From an uncultured Opitutales bacterium (GTDB taxonomy: Bacteria; Verrucomicrobiota; Verrucomicrobiia; Opitutales; Intestinicryptomonadaceae), in assembly GCA_944389915.1 (NCBI GenBank), contig CALXOC010000005.1, positions 1-52,494 on the forward strand: a DNA stretch of 52,494 bases. Direction: 5' to 3'. The first letter of the stretch is position 1; every line of letters starts with the position of its first letter. The position numbers and the translations under genes are program-made. The notes under the pieces are model-generated. The model did no database searches. It saw only the letters and a program-made list of their open reading frames with translations, and had not been told where the DNA came from. Shown in pieces: positions 9,527 through 18,470 of this stretch.

Positions 9527-10885
9527 TTAGTTTTCAAGTCTGCCAGATAAGAGCAGCGCTCCAAGCACAAGATATTTGGATTTGTACAGTTCGCGATTCC
9601 GCTCAAAATGCTTTTTATAATTTGGCTTGAGCACGGAATATTTATCGCAATCATCTGCGCTGACTTTTATTTTTACGCTATGCAAATCGCTTTCATTGCC
9701 GCCGGAAACAAGCCCCAATACTCCAACGCGCAAAAAACCAGCGTATGCGTCATAGCAGAAAATGCGCCGCTCTTTACCGTCTATCTCAACATCGAGCGAA
9801 CCTCCGCAATAGCCCAATACCACATACAAAGCAGCGGTCCCTCCCCTAAATTTAAACTCAATGGTCTCGCCCGGACTAAAAATATACGCATAAGAGTGCG
9901 GCAATCTTCCATTGAAAGGGCGCGCAAAAGAATCATTTAGAGGTATCTTCTTGCCTCCCGATAGACTTAGCATATCCGGAGAAATAATCTCCGTATTTTC
10001 AAGGCACTTTGTATCCATTGGAGCGCCCATGCTGTGTGGAGATTCAACGCCCCCCTGCACTTCAATCTTTTCAAGCGACCTTACAAGAGCGCGCGTGTAA
10101 ATGACATGCCCAGTATTGGGATATGGGTGAACCCCGTCTTTTGAAAATGGTATCTTGCCGTCGGCTCCCACAAGAACATCGGATTTTACATCGAGAACTT
10201 TTCCGGCAACATTTTCAAGAGGGCCGAAATCGGTCTTCATTGCAAGCTTTCCCTCTTTTTCCAAACGTGCTACTTCAAGGCACATGTCCACGCTTGGAAT
10301 CCCATATCTGTCTGCTACCTCCTCCATTGCGGCCTGGGATCTTGACATTCTGCCCGCCTGCCTGTCGGCAAGATCCTTCTCGGTAAATGTATATACAAAA
10401 CATATATCCGTTTTAGGATTGTGCTTCCATATCTGGCGCACTATGCCCTCCATAGCCCTTATTATGTTTGTTCTTCCGGAAGAACTGTCGTTTACGGCAA
10501 ACTCCACAAAAACCAGATCCGGATTCTTCTCAAGCACATCGTGTTTTAGGCGAAAGGCTCCTAAAAACGAATTTGTCCCCCCTATGGCGGCGTTTATCCC
10601 ATCGAAATTGGACTTTGGAAATTTGTCTTTAAAATATTTCAAGCTAAGTACTCGCCAGCCACTCTGATTGGTTATACTACCGCCAAAATACGCAATTTTA
10701 AGATTCTTCCCCCTCGCAATCTTTCCGTAAAAGTTTGGAAGACCGCCGCGAAGTCTGCACTCGGCCGCATTGCATGAAGCGCCTGTTTCAGACGCGAACG
10801 ATACGGGTATTCCAACCGATAAAAAAAAGAAAACAGCATAGAGAAATACCGCACAAGTTTTTTTGTTATCGATAACAATATGCAT
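9527..10885 (-). CDS. SGNH/GDSL-family hydrolase (esterase)
   Basis: Block I YFGGSIT, block II NAAIGGT, block III DLVFVEFAVND and block V DGVHP. N-terminal signal/TM segment. Confidence 0.9.
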   Translation of the reverse strand: MHIVIDNKKTCAVFLYAVFFFLSVGIPVSFASETGASCNAAECRLRGGLPNFYGKIARGKNLKIAYFGGSITNQSGWRVLSLKYFKDKFPKSNFDGINAAIGGTNSFLGAFRLKHDVLEKNPDLVFVEFAVNDSSSGRTNIIRAMEGIVRQIWKHNPKTDICFVYTFTEKDLADRQAGRMSRSQAAMEEVADRYGIPSVDMCLEVARLEKEGKLAMKTDFGPLENVAGKVLDVKSDVLVGADGKIPFSKDGVHPYPNTGHVIYTRALVRSLEKIEVQGGVESPHSMGAPMDTKCLENTEIISPDMLSLSGGKKIPLNDSFARPFNGRLPHSYAYIFSPGETIEFKFRGGTAALYVVLGYCGGSLDVEIDGKERRIFCYDAYAGFLRVGVLGLVSGGNESDLHSVKIKVSADDCDKYSVLKPNYKKHFERNRELYKSKYLVLGALLLSGRLEN

Positions 10886-11033
10886 AGAAAAAACTCTTAC
10901 CTCCGCCTTTATTTAAAGATAATTTAGCAAAATAATAAAGCAACACTGTAACAGTTGAATAGAATATTCATGCAATATTTTACCTAAGAAGTCAACCATT
11001 AAAAGATTACAGCATAAATTCAATGCGCCATTG

Positions 11034-11072
11034 CAAAAAGAGGCCTCCAACGCAAAAATGCGAAGGAGGCTC
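11034..11072 (-). terminator. Probable terminator after the pal-like gene
   Basis: GCCTCC...GGAGGC stem with an inner CGCA/TGCG pair and a T-run on the minus strand. Confidence 0.5.
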
Positions 11073-11095
11073 TAAAATTAATATATTCGAGAACT

Positions 11096-11656
11096 TTACT
11101 GCTTAAATTTTACCACGTCAACGCGGCGGTCTTTCTTGGCCTCGGGCGAATTCTTGGCAACATCCATAGTTGCCCCTGCCTCACCGCGAGCTATAACTTC
11201 GGAACGCTCCGGACCTATTCCAAGAGAGCCCATATAATCCTGAACCGCTTTGCAGCGCTTGTCGGACAAAAGCATGTTGTACTCCTCGGTGCCGTACCAG
11301 TCCGTGTGCCCCACGAGAACTACTTTATACCCGGGATTGGCGCTGTAATAGTCTGCGGCCTGCTTTATCTTGCCTCTTTCATTGGCAGCCACGGCATATT
11401 GGTCAAAGCCGAAATAGACAGTGCAAACTATGTCCTCCGGATTGATGTGGTCGGGATCAAAAGCCCCGAGCCCGTTTATGCCGCGGTCTTGAAGGCCTGC
11501 ATCCATGTCGGCATCGCCCGGGAGATTGTCCGGATTGATGTCGCCCGAAGCGGCGGTAGCCCGCGTATCAAGCGGCGATGGACTGTCCAAAGAATCGCAT
11601 GCCGAAAGAAAAAACAGCGAAAACGCAAGTGAGGCTATTGTTATGATTTTTTTCAT
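11096..11656 (-). CDS. OmpA-family peptidoglycan-associated lipoprotein (Pal-like)
   Basis: Lipobox LSAC. Motifs: VYFGFDQY, VGHTD.YGTEEYN.LLS.KR..AV.DY, GE, DRRVDV. Confidence 0.9.
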   Translation of the reverse strand: MKKIITIASLAFSLFFLSACDSLDSPSPLDTRATAASGDINPDNLPGDADMDAGLQDRGINGLGAFDPDHINPEDIVCTVYFGFDQYAVAANERGKIKQAADYYSANPGYKVVLVGHTDWYGTEEYNMLLSDKRCKAVQDYMGSLGIGPERSEVIARGEAGATMDVAKNSPEAKKDRRVDVVKFKQ

Positions 11657-11802
11657 GTTATTGTTCCTTTTTTTTGGGCAAACCTCAGAAAGAGCTCCGA
11701 TGCGGCACCACCCGTATAAAAGTTATTAAAATTAATTGATATTACTAAGCATAGTTTCTCTTTTTAATTTCTCTTTTGCAAGTTTTTTCTCCAATAATTT
11801 CC

Positions 11803-13269
11803 TCAATCCAAACTCTTTTTCAGCACGGGAGGCGAATAGTCCCTAACAAATTTAAATGATGAAAGTACGGTGCCGTAATCGAAAACAGAAAATATCTTTA
11901 AAGCCGACAATAATAAAAATAGCGCCACGACATTCTTTAGCGGCCTTATCCGCCCCTCAAAACGTATTTTTCCGCCTATGCCTACAACCACAAACGCGAA
12001 AATCCCGCTATAAAACAACGGAGCATACATGCCTTCCAATCCACCCTCGAAAATCGATATTATAACGGCGGACGCAAAAGCGCACAATCCGGAACCCAAA
12101 AATATGCGCTCCTCCGGAGTTGTGCCAAAGTGCGCCATGTACCTGTCTTTTATAGCAAATTTCTTTATCCTGTCCTCGCCCATAAAACGCGGAGTTCCAT
12201 CTACCCACTTTTCCACCGGAAGCCTCAAAAAAGTTTTCAAGGCCTGAAAAATTATCCAGACGGCGTAGGCGCAAGCAAACGCGGCCGGCCCCCAACCATA
12301 TTTTAAGGCGAATGCCGACAGCGCCGTTGCATTGGATAAATGCCCCGAAGCAGATTCGGACGAAGCAAAAAAGCCGCAGGAAAACACACCCTCCATATTT
12401 GCGCAAAAGTCAAAAGTTTCCGAAAACGCAATGCCGGAAAGGCCCGCCCCAAGATAACGGTTTGCAAGCTCCGCGAAAATAGTGCCCGCACAAAGAAACA
12501 TGAATATGATTGTATAAGTTCGCCTTTTCCTTTGGCGCACGCAATACATGGCAGGAGAAAGTACAACTATGGCCGACGCTAAAAAGAGCGCCAATAGATT
12601 TCCGCATCTAAACATGGCATACCATAAAAGCGCGAATGCGACCAATGCCGATATTTTAAACACCATTGAATAACGCTTGGCGCATATTGCGGATATTGAA
12701 AATGAAATACCGCCCAACAATACGGAAAGCATGGAAGCCTCGCCCCCAATGCGCTTGAATCCCATCATTTGGCACAGATAATTGAAATTGCCGTCAACCC
12801 CTATGCGCGAAGTCGAAGAATACTCGGCAATTCCAAGCGCAGCCGAAACCACCGCAAACGATACGAGAGACAAAGCCAATATATGCGCATAGTTCCTGCT
12901 CTTCAATATATTGATGCACAAAAACGAAAACGCCGCCAAAAAAATTAAATTATTCGACGAAAAAAAGTCCGCAGAGCAAGCACATATCAAGATGAACGCC
13001 GATAAAATTAGCGAATGCAAATTTACATAAAAATCTCTCTTATTCGCGAAAATCCAAACAGCTCCGGTTAACAGCGCTAAAGCTCCCCACAAACTTATAT
13101 TTCCGACCCTTTGCGAATCGAAATTGTTGAAGCTGGAAATTTGATAAAAAACCAGAAATACGCACAATAGGGCTATCTGCATGTATTCGAGCAAAAGCTC
13201 CGAACGGGCTTGCCCCTTGTATCTCCTCGGCAGCATCGAAGTCAGATTATAATAAAAGCGCCTAAGCAT
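11803..13269 (-). CDS. Polytopic membrane protein, distantly O-antigen ligase/Wzy_C-like
   Basis: 488 aa with about 12 hydrophobic segments and a layout reminiscent of WaaL/PglL-type proteins. Canonical catalytic motifs are not clear. Confidence 0.4.
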   Translation of the reverse strand: MLRRFYYNLTSMLPRRYKGQARSELLLEYMQIALLCVFLVFYQISSFNNFDSQRVGNISLWGALALLTGAVWIFANKRDFYVNLHSLILSAFILICACSADFFSSNNLIFLAAFSFLCINILKSRNYAHILALSLVSFAVVSAALGIAEYSSTSRIGVDGNFNYLCQMMGFKRIGGEASMLSVLLGGISFSISAICAKRYSMVFKISALVAFALLWYAMFRCGNLLALFLASAIVVLSPAMYCVRQRKRRTYTIIFMFLCAGTIFAELANRYLGAGLSGIAFSETFDFCANMEGVFSCGFFASSESASGHLSNATALSAFALKYGWGPAAFACAYAVWIIFQALKTFLRLPVEKWVDGTPRFMGEDRIKKFAIKDRYMAHFGTTPEERIFLGSGLCAFASAVIISIFEGGLEGMYAPLFYSGIFAFVVVGIGGKIRFEGRIRPLKNVVALFLLLSALKIFSVFDYGTVLSSFKFVRDYSPPVLKKSLD

Positions 13270-13280
13270 AATCCCGCCGC

Positions 13281-14012
13281 CTAATTCGCCGACCTTATAT
13301 TGGGAGAATATATGAGCTTATTGCGCGAAACAGTTATAGTTCCGCCTCTCGACTCTATTTCGCGCTCAGTCTCCATCTGGGATCTTATGGCTTCGTCCCT
13401 CAATCTCTCAAGTTCCGCCTGCCTCTTTTTTAGAGCCTCTATTTCCGCATCGCGCGCCTTTAGCAAATTTGCCATTCTTAATATTTCAGAGGCTCCCTCT
13501 GCGCTCCTCTTGGCCCGTAGGGCTTCAAGCGCCCTTCTGGTCTCATAAGCGCTCTTGCGCAGAATATCCCTCTGCGCCGCGAGTTCGGCCGAGGCCTTTT
13601 CGGCTGATATTCTAGCGTCGGCCTCTCTCTCAAGCTGCGCGTTGAGGCGGGCTACAATTTCGCGCTGGCTTGCCGCGCTTGAAGCCTTGGCGCGCTCAAG
13701 CATCTCCCGGGCTTCGCGGGCCTTTTCTATGTTCGCCTTTGCCGATGCGCTGGCTATCCTTCCGAGCCGCTCGAGTTCCTTTACCCTCTTGCCCGCCTCC
13801 ATTTCGGCGCTGACAATTCTATTTTGGGAGGCCATGTTTTCTGCCTCGAGAATTTTTGACTGCGCGCGCTCCTGCCCATACTTAAAAAAGAACACAATTG
13901 CGGTGAAGCCCAACAAGCATACCGCAAAAATGAAAGTGCCTTGCAAATCCTTTAGCATCTTATCCCCGATTTTTAAACCAACATTAAGCGGTGCGGCCGC
14001 AAAATCAAGCAT
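13281..14012 (-). CDS. Membrane-anchored coiled-coil hypothetical protein (start may be at the downstream MLKDLQ)
   Basis: A single TM segment (TFIFAVCLLGFTAIVFFF) followed by about 180 aa of A/E/R/K-rich heptad sequence. Confidence 0.7.
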   Translation of the reverse strand: MLDFAAAPLNVGLKIGDKMLKDLQGTFIFAVCLLGFTAIVFFFKYGQERAQSKILEAENMASQNRIVSAEMEAGKRVKELERLGRIASASAKANIEKAREAREMLERAKASSAASQREIVARLNAQLEREADARISAEKASAELAAQRDILRKSAYETRRALEALRAKRSAEGASEILRMANLLKARDAEIEALKKRQAELERLRDEAIRSQMETEREIESRGGTITVSRNKLIYSPNIRSAN

Positions 14013-14074
14013 TTAGCGTTGCTCCGACGCTTTAGGCTTGAAAAAAGAAACCCCCAACGCATATCCTGCCAAAC

Positions 14075-14905
14075 ATGCACACTTTCGACTGCGAAGCGAT
14101 GAACACCACCCTCACCGTTCAGATTGACGGCACCGACTTCATATACGCAAAAAGTGCGGCCTTTGACTGTTTTGAAAAGACCCGCGCAATAGAAGACCTT
14201 TTGAGCATGTATAAATTTGGGAGCGATATTTCCATGTTGAATTCGTCAAAAGTCGGGGCGCTGACAAAACTCACTGACACGGCCATGGAGTGCCTCATGA
14301 TGGCTTTTAAGGCCGGAGAAATAAGCGGAGGAGCCATAGACGTGTGCATGGGAGAATATTTTTTAAAGGCCAAGTCCGACGATACATTTCCTCTTCCCAA
14401 CGAGCCCCGCAGGGGACAATTTGCGGTAGATCCTGAAAATTATCTGGTAAAAAAAATCTCGGAAGGGCGCATAGACCTGGGCGCCATAGGAAAAGGCTTC
14501 GCCGTCGATAAAATGGCCGAGCTTTTAACTCAAACTTGGGAGATAAAAAGCGCCTTGATTTCCTTTGGCAACAGCTCCATATATGCTATAGGCGCCCCCG
14601 AAGAAGCCTGCGCATGGGACATAACACTTGCCGGCAAGGATACATTTCCACTGCGCGACGCCGCCATAGGGGCATCTGGGACCGCCGTGCAGGGGGCGCA
14701 TATAATCGACGCACGCACCGGCAAAACGCGCGAAAACATGCCCTTGAGGACTTGGGCCATGGGGGCGAGCGCGGCAATGTGCGACGCCATGTCCACAGCC
14801 TTCATGCTTCTCGACATAGCGTCAATAGCGGCCATATGTTCCGAGTGGGACATGGTGGCCGCAATACAGCAGAGCGAAAATTCCCCAATAGAAATCATTG
14901 AATAG
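14075..14905 (+). CDS. apbE: FAD:protein FMN transferase (ApbE family)
   Basis: Motifs: AMNT, LS.YK.GSDIS.LN, GAIDV, IDLGAIGKGFAVD, SGT...GAHIIDARTG, CDAMSTAF. Confidence 0.9.
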   Translation: MHTFDCEAMNTTLTVQIDGTDFIYAKSAAFDCFEKTRAIEDLLSMYKFGSDISMLNSSKVGALTKLTDTAMECLMMAFKAGEISGGAIDVCMGEYFLKAKSDDTFPLPNEPRRGQFAVDPENYLVKKISEGRIDLGAIGKGFAVDKMAELLTQTWEIKSALISFGNSSIYAIGAPEEACAWDITLAGKDTFPLRDAAIGASGTAVQGAHIIDARTGKTRENMPLRTWAMGASAAMCDAMSTAFMLLDIASIAAICSEWDMVAAIQQSENSPIEIIE

Positions 14906-15269
14906 CAACCCGCCCCTGCTTGGGACTAAAAGCAGACTCGAAATCCCCGAAAACGGCAAGCCATACGCAAGGGGGATTGCTTGAAGTGTACGATACCCTG
15001 TGCCTAAACATTTTGGGAATTAACAGGCAGTCTCCGTCTTTCAATTCAATTTCCGAATCGCCGGTTTGTATGCGCGCGCAACCGAAGACAAGCATCACAA
15101 ATTCATCTTTGTCCTGCTCATACCAAAAGCCATCCTCCGAAACATCTCCACGGGATAATATGCGCTCCACTTTCAATGTGGAATTTGCGGAACTTGCTAT
15201 GGTTTCAAAAACTTCTCCGCATTTATTGAAAGCCTTCGCATCAAAATCTCTGATATTAAATTTTTTCAT
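14895..15269 (-). CDS. Cupin domain protein
   Basis: Motifs: VERILSRG, WYEQDKDEFV, GDCLLIP..RHRV.YTS, CVWLAVF. Start moved to ATG 15269 because the longer ORF runs through the hup terminator. Confidence 0.85.
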   Translation of the reverse strand: MKKFNIRDFDAKAFNKCGEVFETIASSANSTLKVERILSRGDVSEDGFWYEQDKDEFVMLVFGCARIQTGDSEIELKDGDCLLIPKMFRHRVSYTSSNPPCVWLAVFGDFESAFSPKQGRVAIQ

Positions 15270-15360
15270 AAAAACGCAACCCGCGCCGCTTTGCCCGCAA
15301 ACTGCGCCTTTTATAAAATTCCGAGTCTCCGTGCAAGGGCGATAAAAAGACAAATTTTGC

Positions 15361-15389
15361 AAAAAAAACGCCCCACGAAAAGTGGGGCG
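15361..15389 (-). terminator. Rho-independent terminator of hup
   Basis: Perfect 8-bp stem CGCCCCAC-GAAAA-GTGGGGCG followed by T8 on the minus strand. Confidence 0.88.
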
Positions 15390-15410
15390 CAAAATAAAAG
15401 CGTACAAGCT

Positions 15411-15686
15411 CTATTTGGAAGCCTTAAAATCGGCGCCGGGCTTGAACTTTACAACTTTGCAAGCCTTAATCTTGATCTTTTCCTTAGTCTGGGGATTGAT
15501 GCCAGTGCGGGCTTTGCGTTCTACCACCGAGAAAGTTCCAAAGCCGATAAGCTGGAGCTTTTTGTTTTTCTTAACACCAGCCTTGATAGCAGCGAGAACA
15601 GCGTTGAGTGCCTTTTCAGCGCAGGTCTTCGTAGCTTCTTTGCCGAGGAGTTTCTGTATTTCTTCGATGAGTTGTGCTTTATTCAT
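15411..15686 (-). CDS. hup: DNA-binding protein HU
   Basis: MNKAQLIE...LIGFGTFSVVERKARTGINPQTKEKIKIKA.KVVKFKPG..FK. Confidence 0.96.
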   Translation of the reverse strand: MNKAQLIEEIQKLLGKEATKTCAEKALNAVLAAIKAGVKKNKKLQLIGFGTFSVVERKARTGINPQTKEKIKIKACKVVKFKPGADFKASK

Positions 15687-15956
15687 ATTTTAGTTTATTG
15701 ATTGTTTGAGTGAGATTGAAATCTTATAATTTTAACATCCTTGCTTATAAGGAATTCTTTGCAATTAAAAAAGCTTTCTTTGCACCTGCAAATTGCCGAG
15801 AAACGCCTTTCAAAAAACTGGGAACCCCTTATTTATTGTCAAATGTAAAACGATATATTTTCCAGTCAATAGAAAAAAGCCAATTTATGAATATTTTTTT
15901 AGCCTCCATAGCCCTAAAATAAAGGATCTGGCGCATATGAAATATTCCTAAACATA

Positions 15957-17306
15957 TCACCAAATAAAGGCCGTGCCGCGTTTTTTTACAAGTTCCACTC
16001 TGCCAATATTATACATTTCCCTGCATGCGTGGCAGGCAAGAGCCAGCGCCCAAAAGCGGTCCGCATGTCCGTTTTCGCTTCTGTTCGCGAAAAAGCGCAT
16101 GTTTCCTCCGCTTGAATACTCCCTTTTCAACGAACGTATGTCCCTTCGAATATCCATATCGTCGGGTATACGCACCAGAGCCTCCTCCATTCTGGAGCGC
16201 AATGGATATGCGAGCTTTTCCTTTATTGAAGAGCTAAAGTTTAGCCCTTCCACTCTCGAAGCGCCGTAGCGTTCTGCGGCCCGCTCGGCAAACTGCCTGC
16301 CCAATCCGCTTTGGTCTATTGCGGCGCGGCGAAGAAGCGGCATTTTTAAATAAGAGTGCAAAACAGCCTCCTGCTCTGAAAACGGAGTGTCGCGCAAGAC
16401 TTTTACGTCACGAGTATATAGAACATCTCCAACCAGCTCGAGGAGCCAAAAGACCGACAAGTCTTTTGCGCGCCCCACGTCCACTCCCAAGTAAAGAAAA
16501 TTAGAGGGGGACTCAAGGGAATGCCAATCTGTCCCCTCCCTATACAGGCAGCGCTGCAGAATGTCGTAGGATATAAAAGCCGAGTTGTCGTCGGCGGGTT
16601 CGCACATGTACTCTTGCAGAAAACTCTCTTCGTCCGCGCACGACCGCTTTATGTAATTAAAATAGTCTGCCTCATCCATTTCGGAGATCTCATGCTCCGG
16701 CGGAAGCGACTCCTTTAACTTTGCCAAAAAGCCCTGCTCCAAGGCGTCCTGCAAAGTTACCCTGTGCAGCGATATATTTTTGGGGTTCCCGCCGTAGCGG
16801 GCCTCCTCCACAAGTTTGTAGAAGAAGTTTTCCCTGCCCCTGTGCGTTGATATTATCTCAAGGCTCCCTCCCCATGTTATGCCGGGATAGGATATCGAAT
16901 ACAGGCGCTCGGGATCGGGGTGCAGGGCAAACTCGTCGAGAACCCTGGTACCGCGCTTTCCTGCCTGCGCGTCCGGATTCGAAGACAGAGACCAAATTTT
17001 TGTTCCGTTTGAAAAGCCCAGCGATTTGGCGTCGAAACCGTCTATCAGCCTTGTCCCCGAAATTTCCGAAACCGCTATATTGAGTATTTCGGCAAACTTC
17101 TTGCAGTCGTCTATAAACAATTTTGCCTGAAGTTCGTCGCGCGAGCTCACCCACGAATCCCTGTTGTGCCCCGACATGCTGTGGCGGCGCACGAGCGAAT
17201 AGGCGCACGTCCAGCTCATTCCTATTTGGCGCGATTTCTCCATAAGTTTTATGCGCGAAGAATCCCTTATCCAGGCAATCTGGTATGGCAAAAAAAACGC
17301 TTTCAT
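15957..17306 (-). CDS. Phage terminase large subunit, Mu gp28-like
   Basis: FLPYQ..WI, Walker A-like EKSRQIGMSW, Walker B VLDEFA, coupling motif ISTH, FLQEYMCEP, and nuclease motifs LGVDVGR..D, AIDQSGLG, GHADRFWALALA. ATG 17306 overlaps the upstream stop (ATGA). Confidence 0.93.
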   Translation of the reverse strand: MKAFFLPYQIAWIRDSSRIKLMEKSRQIGMSWTCAYSLVRRHSMSGHNRDSWVSSRDELQAKLFIDDCKKFAEILNIAVSEISGTRLIDGFDAKSLGFSNGTKIWSLSSNPDAQAGKRGTRVLDEFALHPDPERLYSISYPGITWGGSLEIISTHRGRENFFYKLVEEARYGGNPKNISLHRVTLQDALEQGFLAKLKESLPPEHEISEMDEADYFNYIKRSCADEESFLQEYMCEPADDNSAFISYDILQRCLYREGTDWHSLESPSNFLYLGVDVGRAKDLSVFWLLELVGDVLYTRDVKVLRDTPFSEQEAVLHSYLKMPLLRRAAIDQSGLGRQFAERAAERYGASRVEGLNFSSSIKEKLAYPLRSRMEEALVRIPDDMDIRRDIRSLKREYSSGGNMRFFANRSENGHADRFWALALACHACREMYNIGRVELVKKRGTAFIW

Positions 17307-17707
17307 AAGAGCCGCAACTTCTCCTCTATTTTTTCGAGCGCCTCCAGGCTTATCGAGGTTCTGCCGCTTTGCCTGCGCTCGGCGACTCCCAGCCCGGAAC
17401 GCGCAACCGACGCCAATTTTTGCACCACTCCGGATATGGATCCCAGTTCGCCCGCAGTAAAGTCTTTTGCGTTGCAAAGATAGTCGAATATCATCTCCCA
17501 GAGTATGGCAACAGACGCTTCAGCGGCATTCATCGGTTCGGGCTTCGCCTGCGAAGCAATCGAATCGGCGGCGGCTTTCGCCGCCTTTATAAGTTTCAAG
17601 TGCTCGCCGAATTTTTTGGGGACGCGCGGCAGAGATCTTTTCTGGATTCCAAAGCCGCAATCTCCTGCAGGGCATTCCCCAGAGCTTTCAATCTTCCCCG
17701 CCTTCAA
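17303..17707 (-). CDS. Putative small terminase, Mu gp27/DUF3486-like (shortened)
   Basis: Directly upstream of and coupled to TerL. Helical sequence; the C-terminal SISLEALEKIEEKLRLL resembles gp27-type ends. TTG start. Confidence 0.55.
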   Translation of the reverse strand: MKAGKIESSGECPAGDCGFGIQKRSLPRVPKKFGEHLKLIKAAKAAADSIASQAKPEPMNAAEASVAILWEMIFDYLCNAKDFTAGELGSISGVVQKLASVARSGLGVAERRQSGRTSISLEALEKIEEKLRLL

Positions 17708-17963
17708 GATAATCCCTTCCCTTGGCTGTAATTTTAGCCCTCAGATGTGCCGCGCTTATATGGGAGCACGACACCTCCACGAGCCCTTTTTGGCAAAGAT
17801 AATCCGTCTCTGAAACCAGGACCTCTTTGCCGCATTTCAATCCCGCGCATTCGAGCCCCACAAGCATGGTTTCAAATGACAGCCATGCCGGGCTCGCCGC
17901 CTCAAGCTGCTCCAATATGAGCCGACGCATCAAAAACTTCGCATCCGCGCCCTTTTTTCTCAT
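17688..17963 (-). CDS. Small winged-helix phage protein, Mu gp26-like
   Basis: 91 aa with the pattern RRLILEQL...DYL.QKGLVEV...AKITAKGRDYLEG. Its position two genes upstream of TerL matches Mu gp26. Confidence 0.65.
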   Translation of the reverse strand: MRKKGADAKFLMRRLILEQLEAASPAWLSFETMLVGLECAGLKCGKEVLVSETDYLCQKGLVEVSCSHISAAHLRAKITAKGRDYLEGGED

Positions 17964-18367
17964 GATTCCTCCTTCATTTTTAAGACAATTCGGTCCGTCT
18001 TGACGGAAAGTTCCGCTATGCGCTGGTTTGCTATTTGCGATTGCGCTATCAGCGAACTTATGTTTTGCGAATTTTTGCTTATTAGCTGGCGCGTTTCCGT
18101 GAGACTCCTCAGATATTGCTTTTGAATGGAGCGCGTTTCCTCTCGTATCTCCGCGCGGAGCGAACGCAGGTCTTGAACGGCGTCGCCGACAAGGCGCATA
18201 GTTTCGGCTCTGAGTTTTTCCATCTGCGTAAGTGTCGCGTAGGTCAATTTCGGATCCGGGCGCTCGGCGTGGTGCTCGCGTATGCGCAAAACCAGATAAT
18301 ACGACCCCAACATCGACGTGAGCGATATCATAGCCATTCCTATTAGTTTTGAGTTTTCAATGTCCAT
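17960..18367 (-). CDS. Single-TM coiled-coil protein in the Mu gp25-like position
   Basis: 135 aa with an N-terminal hydrophobic helix followed by coiled coil. ATGA-coupled to the gp26-like gene. The assignment rests mainly on synteny. Confidence 0.5.
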   Translation of the reverse strand: MDIENSKLIGMAMISLTSMLGSYYLVLRIREHHAERPDPKLTYATLTQMEKLRAETMRLVGDAVQDLRSLRAEIREETRSIQKQYLRSLTETRQLISKNSQNISSLIAQSQIANQRIAELSVKTDRIVLKMKEES

Positions 18368-18470
18368 ATGCGCGGCATCATATAAAAAAAAGCTAAAGGC
18401 TCAAAACCAACTTTGGAAACTTTTGCTTTATATGCTTGAAAAAACCTTATCCATACTTTGATTAAGTCAG

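Noticed and set aside
15411-15686. hup as part of the phage cassette
   Set aside because: It looks like a typical highly expressed chromosomal HU with its own 270-nt AT-rich upstream region and terminator. Adjacency alone is not evidence.
17307-17477. 57-aa N-terminal extension of TerL in the ORF track
   Set aside because: It overlaps the upstream gene in another frame. ATG 17306 gives an ATGA coupling and begins at the conserved FLPYQ motif.
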